Below, one piece after another: positions 57,053 through 64,000 of a stretch of 64,000 nt of DNA (position 1 is the first letter of the stretch; every line of letters begins with the position of its first letter). The DNA comes from an uncultured virus (IMG/VR IMGVR_UViG_3300005611_000005) (taxonomy: Duplodnaviria; Heunggongvirae; Uroviricota; Caudoviricetes). The translations under genes and the position numbers were made by a program. The stretch lies in IMG/VR virus record IMGVR_UViG_3300005611_000005; one strand, written 5' to 3'. Under the pieces are notes generated by a model that was given only the letters and a program-made list of their open reading frames with translations, was not told the DNA's origin and made no database searches.

Positions 57053-58318
57053 ATGAATGAAGAAAAGAAAATTGTATACTTTCCTTCTCTTTCAAGTGGA
57101 GCATATGCCGGCCCCGTTTCTAAGGATAAGGAAGTAGCTCCTGGCATCCCGTATCGATTTTGGGACGAGCGAACTCCTGAAGAATGGCAGCATAAGTTCT
57201 TTTTAATTACTGCAGGTCACTTTTACAAAAAAATGACTGTGCGAAATGATTGGGGCTTGAACAATGGTTCGTTAGTATTCGGAGACTCAGGTGGATATCA
57301 AATTGCCACTGGAGCTTTAAAATGGGACTTGGCTTTGCGTGATCAAATATTTGAATGGTTAGAAGCTAATTCAGATATTGCTGCAAATATTGATATTCCG
57401 CCTCGAGTAATGTATGAAGGTAGGTTTCAAGATGCTTTGGATATGTCTTTGGATAATTTCAAATACTTTGAAAAGAAGCAGACAGGTAAAACTAAATTTT
57501 TAAATGTCGTGCAAGGATCGAATCCATTGGAATTTAAACAATGGTATTCGACAGTTAAAGATATGGAATTCGGCGGATGGAGTATTGGATCATCTAGACG
57601 ATTGGTAGATTTCATGTACATTCTTTCGTTGATGATTAAAGAGAAGGAATTTCTTAAGCCACACAATACTTGGATTCACTTACTAGGTATTTCAAAAGTA
57701 TCTGATTTCTTTGTATTAGCACAAATACAAAAAATGATGAACAAGTATACTGGTAATCGAATTACTATTTCAACAGACAGTTCATCGCCAGGACAATATC
57801 CTATTTTTGGTCAAATGGTATGGTCGCCGAATTGGAAAGATCAAGTATTCAACATGTTGTATTTTCCGAAAGACGGATCGAATATTCCTTATCCTGAATC
57901 AGGTCACGTTCCGTCATTAATTAATCATCCTGGAGTTCCTTATTTAACTTGGGACATGGTTAAGAATTACGGTACAGAAGCTTCAATTCGAATGACGTAT
58001 CATAATTTGCATATGTATGTATATACAAATAATCACGTTTGGAATTTAGTTAATACCTGTCCTATAGATGTATTGGCAGAATTAATTCCTAACGATTTAG
58101 TTCAAGTGCTTAAGTCGATAGAAGAAATGTTCAATTCTCCAGACCCGACTACAGTATATGAACGATATCGTCCATTTTATGTAAATTATGGCGGTGAAAA
58201 TGTTAGCAACATTTCAAAAGAAGTAATTGGTAATTTTTTCGATACAATGCCAGTAAGCAATGCTGAATTTAAAAAAGAGCAGAAGCAATTAGCAAAAAAA
58301 CAATCTAAATCTAAATAA
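57053..58318 (+). CDS. dpdA: TGT-fold guanine transglycosylase, DpdA-like
   Basis: GDSGGYQ, NIDIPP, VVQG, GWSIG, IHLLG and TDSSS TGT motifs; clustered with folE, queD and queE. Confidence 0.78.
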   Translation: MNEEKKIVYFPSLSSGAYAGPVSKDKEVAPGIPYRFWDERTPEEWQHKFFLITAGHFYKKMTVRNDWGLNNGSLVFGDSGGYQIATGALKWDLALRDQIFEWLEANSDIAANIDIPPRVMYEGRFQDALDMSLDNFKYFEKKQTGKTKFLNVVQGSNPLEFKQWYSTVKDMEFGGWSIGSSRRLVDFMYILSLMIKEKEFLKPHNTWIHLLGISKVSDFFVLAQIQKMMNKYTGNRITISTDSSSPGQYPIFGQMVWSPNWKDQVFNMLYFPKDGSNIPYPESGHVPSLINHPGVPYLTWDMVKNYGTEASIRMTYHNLHMYVYTNNHVWNLVNTCPIDVLAELIPNDLVQVLKSIEEMFNSPDPTTVYERYRPFYVNYGGENVSNISKEVIGNFFDTMPVSNAEFKKEQKQLAKKQSKSK

Positions 58319-58326
58319 ATCAAAAC

Positions 58327-59037
58327 ATGGAAAAAAGTAAGTTAATTAACTTTATTAATCGTTATTATCTAGGCGGTAATACTGATACTGCTAAATTAGT
58401 TGTTGAAAACAATACATTATCAACTAAATTTATTAGCTCTGATCAAAATGTAATTGGCGATGTTACGCTGAAATCATTTGATTCTCCTGATGCAGAACTA
58501 GGTGTATATACAACTTCTCAACTTATTAAGTTGATGTCTGCTCTAGATGAAAATATCGATCTTTCTTATGGCGAAACTGGAGGGAAAGTATTTTCGCTAA
58601 ACATGTCAGATAAAGACACGAAAGTAACTTATATGTTAGCTGATTTAGCAGTAATTCGTCAAGCTCCTAATTTGAAACAGTTACCTCCTTTTGAAGTTAA
58701 AATTCAATTGAATAAAGACTTTGCGGGTAATTTTAAAAAAGCGGCCAATGCATTGGATTCAGATAATTTTGGAGTAACTAGCTCTGAAGGTGAAACTAAA
58801 ATTATCATTAACTATTCCAATGTAAATACTAACAGAATTGTATTTAATACAGCTGCAACAGAATCTGCAGATATGGAAGTTGTTTGTTTTTCTGCTAAAT
58901 TGTTGAAAGAAATTTTAAATGCAAACTCTGGCTTAGATGGAATGCTTGAGGTATCTTCTAAAGGATTAGCTCGAGTTACTTTTGAAAATGAAAATTATTC
59001 TGCAGCTTATTATCTTGTAAAATTAACCGTATCGTAA
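58327..59037 (+). CDS. Sliding clamp (gp45/PCNA-like)
   Basis: 236 aa, clamp-like pattern ending AYYLV; directly before the clamp loader. Confidence 0.75.
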   Translation: MEKSKLINFINRYYLGGNTDTAKLVVENNTLSTKFISSDQNVIGDVTLKSFDSPDAELGVYTTSQLIKLMSALDENIDLSYGETGGKVFSLNMSDKDTKVTYMLADLAVIRQAPNLKQLPPFEVKIQLNKDFAGNFKKAANALDSDNFGVTSSEGETKIIINYSNVNTNRIVFNTAATESADMEVVCFSAKLLKEILNANSGLDGMLEVSSKGLARVTFENENYSAAYYLVKLTVS

Positions 59038-59038
59038 T

Positions 59039-59968
59039 ATGTTTGGAAACGAAGAACATACACTCTGGGTCGAACGTTACCGACCCGACACTTTAGATGG
59101 ATATGTAGGAAATGAACACGTCGTTGAAAAAGTAAAAATTTATTTACAAAACGGCGACGTACCTCATCTCTTATTATATGGAACTGCAGGTACTGGTAAG
59201 ACTACATTAGCAAAAATCATTTCTAACAATTTAGATTGTGATGTAATGTATATCAATGCTTCTGATGAAAATAATGTAGAAACTGTTAGAGAGAAAATTA
59301 AAAACTTTGCGTCTACAATTGGGTTTCGTCAGTGGAAGCTAATTATTTTAGATGAAGCTGATTATCTTACTCCGAATGCACAAGCTGCGTTGCGTAATTT
59401 AATGGAAACGTTTTCGAAAACGACTCGATTTGTGCTTACCTGCAACTATGTAGAAAAGATAATCGATCCTATACAATCTAGATGTCAGGTATTTGGTATT
59501 ACTCCACCTTCTAAGAAAGACGTAGCGATTCGAGTAAGTAAAATTTTACAAGATGAGTCTGTTGCATTTACTCCTGAAGATTTAGTTACTATTATCAATT
59601 CAGGATATCCTGATATTCGAAGAATCTTAAATGCATGTCAGAGACAAGTAGTTAACGGTACATTAACTTTAGATAAAGCTGCTTTAATCGAAGCTAACTA
59701 TATGGATAAGTTAGTTGAGTTGTTAGCTTCTAATCAAGATGCGAAAAGTAAATTTACATCTATTCGTCAGTTGTTAGCAGACTCGCAAGTTAAAGATTAT
59801 ACTTCGCTTTATCGATTTTTGTATGACAATTTAGATTCATACGCCACGGGTCATATTGGCCCTGTAATTTTAATCATAGCAGAAGCTCAGTATCAAGACT
59901 CCATGGTTGTAGATAAAGAAATTAATGTTATGTCAATGTTTGTTAAAATTTTAAATGAAATACTATGA
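59039..59968 (+). CDS. Clamp loader AAA+ subunit (gp44/RFC-like)
   Basis: WVERYRP, GTAGTGKTT, INASD, LDEAD and QSRC motifs. Confidence 0.95.
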   Translation: MFGNEEHTLWVERYRPDTLDGYVGNEHVVEKVKIYLQNGDVPHLLLYGTAGTGKTTLAKIISNNLDCDVMYINASDENNVETVREKIKNFASTIGFRQWKLIILDEADYLTPNAQAALRNLMETFSKTTRFVLTCNYVEKIIDPIQSRCQVFGITPPSKKDVAIRVSKILQDESVAFTPEDLVTIINSGYPDIRRILNACQRQVVNGTLTLDKAALIEANYMDKLVELLASNQDAKSKFTSIRQLLADSQVKDYTSLYRFLYDNLDSYATGHIGPVILIIAEAQYQDSMVVDKEINVMSMFVKILNEIL

Positions 59969-60195
59969 ACCCGACCGATCAAAACCTTAACTTAAATTTG
60001 GACATTAAACAAACTAGTCCTATCGTCTGTGAAAATGAAGAATGTGGTAATGACATGTTCATGCCTGCAATGAAATTTCGTAAAGCATCTAAATTGCTAA
60101 CAGGTACTGCTAAAGACGCTATTGTACCTGTACAAGTATTTTTCTGCTCAGCATGTGGTCATATCAATAAAGAATTTGATTTCAATGTCGGATAA
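59965..60195 (+). CDS. Small Zn-ribbon protein
   Basis: CENEEC...CSACGH. Confidence 0.65.
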   Translation: MNPTDQNLNLNLDIKQTSPIVCENEECGNDMFMPAMKFRKASKLLTGTAKDAIVPVQVFFCSACGHINKEFDFNVG

Positions 60196-60628
60196 GAAAG
60201 CGACTATCTTCGATCATCTTTCGTTTATAACTGATAAAAAACGTCCATGGGATACTTTATCAGATGTAGATAAGAAAGCGTTTGTTCCATATCTAATTAA
60301 CCGATGGTTGTCAATGAATTGGCAATTAGTTGAAATAGTTAATGAATTGCAAAAGTATACAATTGGGCAGCTTAGTCCTAAAGAAGTATATCAATTGTAT
60401 TACGACTTTTTACCTAAACAACGTCAATTCAATAAGTATATCAAAGGTAAGAAAGATGGCAAATACAATGCTGAACTAATTGAGCTAATTGCAATGCACT
60501 TTCAAATTTCAGAAAAGGAAGCTTCTGAGTATATTGAATTGTATTTATTAACAGATAAAGACGCGTTGGTTTCAATTGTAAAAATGTATGGTAAATCAGA
60601 TCAAGAAGTAAAAAAACTTCTGAAATAA
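60185..60628 (+). CDS. Clamp loader small subunit (gp62-like)
   Basis: ATG at 60185; FVPYLINRWLS...NEL...KYIK...SEKEA.EY pattern. Confidence 0.7.
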   Translation: MSDKKATIFDHLSFITDKKRPWDTLSDVDKKAFVPYLINRWLSMNWQLVEIVNELQKYTIGQLSPKEVYQLYYDFLPKQRQFNKYIKGKKDGKYNAELIELIAMHFQISEKEASEYIELYLLTDKDALVSIVKMYGKSDQEVKKLLK

Positions 60629-60660
60629 TTTGTACTGTTGGTATTTTATACTTATATTTA
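60629..60660 (+). promoter_or_regulatory. Host-type promoter
   Basis: TTTG-N20-TATATTTA. Confidence 0.55.
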
Positions 60661-60684
60661 AGTATAAATTTAATACCAGCAGAT

Positions 60685-61455
60685 ATGAAGCGCGTAAAGA
60701 TGATTGGATTTGCAACTAAGTTTTATACCCTTTGGGATGTAACTTACGAGACTTTATATGTCCAAGATAGTTATGGTAAACATCATACCAGTGGGGTTCG
60801 TCAGCATAACAATTACATCAAGAACATTTCAATGGATCGTGCAAAAGTTGAGGCAATGTATCCTAACGTATCCATTGATGAAAGTCTTAGAGGTGCAACC
60901 AGAAGCTTTTCAGTAGATCATAAAAAGGACCTACCTGTAGAGTATTTTTGGTTTGGTAAGTATAATGGTCAGCTTATTGAAGAGGTACTTAAGTCAGATC
61001 TCGAGTATTGTAAATGGGCAGCCAAAAATTGCTATAGCAAAGCCACTGTTGACTATATTGAGAATCACCCAATATACGTCGAGCATTTAGCACAAGAGCA
61101 GAGAGAGAAGGATGAGCTACTTAATTCAATTATCGATCTTACTCCTGGTGATAAGGTGAGCGTTACTTTTACAAGAAATGGTTACAATTACGATCCCGAA
61201 AGTGGCGAACATGGTTGTTGGGTAAATGGATGGATCGGAGATATACCGTGTAAAGTTTATTTCGCAGATTGTAAGCCAGTGTATGGTATGTATCCTTATA
61301 TTATGCCAGTTGTCAATGGAAAAGCACAAAGGGTCAAAAATAAGACTCTTGAAGTTGTTGTAGAATCAGCTTTGAAGCGGTCCTTAGACGAGTACAAAAC
61401 ATATGAGTATCGTGATGTCGAAGCTCAAGCAATTTATATAATCAAAACCAAGTAA
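60685..61455 (+). CDS. Hypothetical protein with an FGKY.G...Y..W module
   Basis: FWFGKYNGQLIEEVLKSDLEYCKW; has its own promoter. Confidence 0.6.
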   Translation: MKRVKMIGFATKFYTLWDVTYETLYVQDSYGKHHTSGVRQHNNYIKNISMDRAKVEAMYPNVSIDESLRGATRSFSVDHKKDLPVEYFWFGKYNGQLIEEVLKSDLEYCKWAAKNCYSKATVDYIENHPIYVEHLAQEQREKDELLNSIIDLTPGDKVSVTFTRNGYNYDPESGEHGCWVNGWIGDIPCKVYFADCKPVYGMYPYIMPVVNGKAQRVKNKTLEVVVESALKRSLDEYKTYEYRDVEAQAIYIIKTK

Positions 61456-62405
61456 TGGCAGTTAGTCCTTTAGGTCAATTATTTCGATCATTAGCTCCTG
61501 AACGTATTGAAGGAGACGTAACAATATCATACAGTCAGTTTGCAATGTGGTCTTCATGTCCACAAAAATGGAAGCTTACATATGTCGATAAAAATAAAAT
61601 ATATCGACCTACTATACATACTGTATTCGGCACTTCTATGCACGAAACGCTGCAGTATTACATTCATACCATGTACACGAAATCTGTTAAAGAAGCTGAT
61701 TCTTTAGATTTAATGGAATGTTTACAGGAACAGTTAACGCAAAATTACATGGTCGCTGTATCTGACAATAACGGAGAGCATTTTTCTACATCTAAAGAGC
61801 TTCAGGAATTTTATGAAGATGGTGTACAAATCTTAGATTGGTTTAAGAAGCATAGATCTTCTTATTTCAAGTCAAAAGGATATGAATTAATAGGTATTGA
61901 AATGCCTTTGTATGTGCAAGCCTCGGCATATAACGAAAAGGTAAAGATGAATGGATTTCTAGATATCGTTATACGCGATACTGAATTGGATCGAATTTTG
62001 ATTATCGACATTAAAACTTCAACTCGAGGATGGAAAGCGAGGGACAAACAAGATAAAATAAAAACGTCTCAACTAGTTTTGTATAAATCGTATTACGCTA
62101 AACAATATGGATATGACGAAGAAAAAATTGACATCTTATATTTCATTGTTAAGCGCAAATTGATTGAAGGATTTATGTATCCACAAAAGCGCGCACAAGA
62201 ATTTGTACCCGCTTCAGGAAAGCCGACTCGTAGAAAATTAGTATCTGAAGTTGAAAATTTTGTTAAAACTGTATTTGACGCTGAAGGTAATTATAAGACA
62301 GATGCTGTATATCCAGCCGTCGCTAATGCTGGAATGTCTAACTGTAGATATTGTGAGTTTCGAGATCGAGAAGATTTATGCCCAAAAGCCAATAGAATAA
62401 AATGA
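61455..62405 (+). CDS. PD-(D/E)XK exonuclease, Cas4/AddB-like with Fe-S cysteines
   Basis: SYSQ..C, GTSMH, GFLD, IIDIKT, QLVLY and CRYC...C motifs. Confidence 0.85.
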   Translation: MAVSPLGQLFRSLAPERIEGDVTISYSQFAMWSSCPQKWKLTYVDKNKIYRPTIHTVFGTSMHETLQYYIHTMYTKSVKEADSLDLMECLQEQLTQNYMVAVSDNNGEHFSTSKELQEFYEDGVQILDWFKKHRSSYFKSKGYELIGIEMPLYVQASAYNEKVKMNGFLDIVIRDTELDRILIIDIKTSTRGWKARDKQDKIKTSQLVLYKSYYAKQYGYDEEKIDILYFIVKRKLIEGFMYPQKRAQEFVPASGKPTRRKLVSEVENFVKTVFDAEGNYKTDAVYPAVANAGMSNCRYCEFRDREDLCPKANRIK

Positions 62406-62869
62406 TAAACAAATACTATATGACAAAAGCTCTTCAAGCTACTGAAGAGCCTGATAAAACTAAAATTGCTATTATAGGTTCTAGAACTTATGAAAATAAA
62501 AAGAAAATACGAGATATGATTTTCAGACTTAAACAAACGTTTGGAGATGAATTGGAAATTGTATCTGGCGGTTCGCCACATGGTGCTGATAGATATGCAA
62601 GGAAATTTGCTATCGAAATGGGCGTTAAATATAAAGAATTTAATCCAGCTCATACAGTTAAAAATTTATATTCAGCAATGCCTGACAGCTACTATTCTAA
62701 AACGTATCACGTTTCTCAATTGTTTCATAGGAATGAATTAATTGCAAAGTATTGTGATAAAATGGTTGCATTTCGAAGCGAAGGTAAGTCTTCAGGTACA
62801 GATCACGCTATCAAAATGGCAACAAAACATAATAAACCCGTTGTAATTGTTAATGAAAAAGCTCTCTAA
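62402..62869 (+). CDS. SLOG/YspA-like (DprA-related) protein
   Basis: IAIIGSR, IVSGG..GAD, RNELI and SSGT motifs. Confidence 0.75.
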   Translation: MINKYYMTKALQATEEPDKTKIAIIGSRTYENKKKIRDMIFRLKQTFGDELEIVSGGSPHGADRYARKFAIEMGVKYKEFNPAHTVKNLYSAMPDSYYSKTYHVSQLFHRNELIAKYCDKMVAFRSEGKSSGTDHAIKMATKHNKPVVIVNEKAL

Positions 62870-63047
62870 ATATCGTCGATATTTTTTATATCACGCCAAG
62901 TGGCAAGCATCTATCATCATATCATGGCCAGCAATTTGGTTCTTTAAAGATTATCTAGGATGGTCAACATTTACTACATCAGTTGCGTTTCAGTTCATTG
63001 GTGCAGTAATTTTTTGGTATATTGACCAATGGATTTTCAAGAAATAA
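62853..63047 (+). CDS. Small two-helix membrane protein
   Basis: Two hydrophobic segments; ends FWYIDQWIFKK. Confidence 0.55.
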   Translation: MKKLSKYRRYFLYHAKWQASIIISWPAIWFFKDYLGWSTFTTSVAFQFIGAVIFWYIDQWIFKK

Positions 63048-63093
63048 GAATGGTTTTTGTAATTCTGCCATATTTATATTAAATTAAAAAGTT

Positions 63094-64000
63094 ATGAAGA
63101 AAAAGAAAATTTTATTACTATCCGATGACTTAAGAATGCATTCTGGCATTGCAACTATGTCTCGGGAAATCATTTTAAATACAGTTAAAGAATTTGATTG
63201 GGTACAGTTAGGTGCTGCATTGCAACATCCTGATCATGGCAAGGTATTTGATGTATCTGCTGACGTACGAAAACAGACTGGTGTAGAAGATGCCAATGTT
63301 AAAATTTATGCACATACTGGATATGGTAATCCAGACATTCTTCGTCAATTAATTCAAGCTGAACAGCCTGATGCTATTATGCACTTTACAGATCCTAGGT
63401 TTTGGCTTTGGTTGTATCAAATGGAACATGAAATTCGTCAAATGATGCCTCTTATGTATTATACAATTTGGGACGATACACCATACCCAATGTATAATAA
63501 AACGTTTTACGAATCATGTGACTTATTAATGTGCATTTCAAAACAAACGTATAACATTGTACGAAATGTAATTAAAGATGCTCAGTATAAAGATTGGCAA
63601 ATTTCTTACGTACCTCATGGAATTAATCCTACTCAATTTTATCCAATTACAGAAGACTCTGCAGAGTGGTCAGAGTATTTAAATTTCAAAAACAATTTAA
63701 TTGGAGATAAAGCAGAGTTCGTTATTTTTCATAACAACCGAAATATCAGAAGAAAACATACTTCAGATTTAATTTTGGCCTATAAAAAATTCTGTGATAA
63801 ATTGACTAAAGAGCAAGCTGACAAATGCATGTTGCTATTACATACAGATCCTATAGATGAAAATGGTACAAACTTACCAGCAGTAATTACTGCACTTTGC
63901 CCTGATTATCGAGTTAGTTTTACTAACAAACGAATGTTAACGACTAAAGAGCTTAATTACTTATACAACCTATCTGATGTAACAGCTAATATAGCTTCCA
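63094..64000 (+). CDS. GT4-like glycosyltransferase, 3'-truncated (absent from the ORF track)
   Basis: Read directly: MKKKKILLLSDDLRMHSGIATMSRE...FTDPRFW...YYTIWD...YVPHGIN...NNRNIRRK; ATATTTATA at 63070. Confidence 0.8.
   Translation, partial: MKKKKILLLSDDLRMHSGIATMSREIILNTVKEFDWVQLGAALQHPDHGKVFDVSADVRKQTGVEDANVKIYAHTGYGNPDILRQLIQAEQPDAIMHFTDPRFWLWLYQMEHEIRQMMPLMYYTIWDDTPYPMYNKTFYESCDLLMCISKQTYNIVRNVIKDAQYKDWQISYVPHGINPTQFYPITEDSAEWSEYLNFKNNLIGDKAEFVIFHNNRNIRRKHTSDLILAYKKFCDKLTKEQADKCMLLLHTDPIDENGTNLPAVITALCPDYRVSFTNKRMLTTKELNYLYNLSDVTANIAS

Noticed and set aside
57053..58318. tRNA-queuosine Tgt
   Set aside because: Lacks the C-terminal CxCxxC zinc site of bacterial Tgt and sits among replisome genes; a DNA- or nucleotide-level role fits better, though it is not proven.
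61455..62405. Cas4 as part of a CRISPR-Cas system
   Set aside because: No array or other cas genes seen; stand-alone Cas4-like exonucleases are common in phages.
1..64000. Stop-codon reassignment
   Set aside because: Core genes are full length in the standard code, and TAA, TAG and TGA all end genes.
1..64000. tRNA or rRNA genes
   Set aside because: No cloverleaf or T-loop signature seen in the short intergenic regions; tRNAscan was not run.

Overview
A 64-kb, AT-rich, almost entirely plus-strand segment of a large T4-like contractile-tailed phage (myovirus), most probably infecting Bacteroidota. Host evidence: about 10 TTTG-N19/20-TATATT promoters, Shine-Dalgarno-less AT-rich leaders and an Omp28-like lipoprotein. 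1-34.7 kb is morphogenesis: scaffold, major capsid, PhoH, neck, tail terminator, fibre and LamG-lectin genes, sheath, tube, tail chaperone, tape measure and baseplate. It is interrupted by three free-standing endonuclease genes, two of them fused to DNA-modifying domains. 34.7-64 kb is replication and nucleotide metabolism: a divergent PolA-like gene plus PolB, gp32, UvsX, RNase H, gp41, NrdJ, Trx, dUTPase, clamp and loader. The replisome genes are interleaved with a 7-deazaguanine DNA-modification pathway (FolE, QueD, QueE, DpdL-like, DpdA-like; no QueC seen) and three GT-B glycosyltransferases; a fourth GT is cut by the window end. Best leads: (1) a possibly clamp-coupled deazaguanine plus glycosyltransferase DNA hypermodification locus; (2) a cassette array of cargo proteins sharing a near-identical 60-nt capsid-targeting-like leader; (3) dense [ST][GA]S motifs in virion proteins, suggesting virion glycosylation; (4) nuclease-methylase and nuclease-Mom/GNAT fusion genes; (5) a +1/-2 frameshift in the tail chaperone; (6) structured leader RNAs before fibre genes. 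All calls come from reading motifs by eye; no searches were run.
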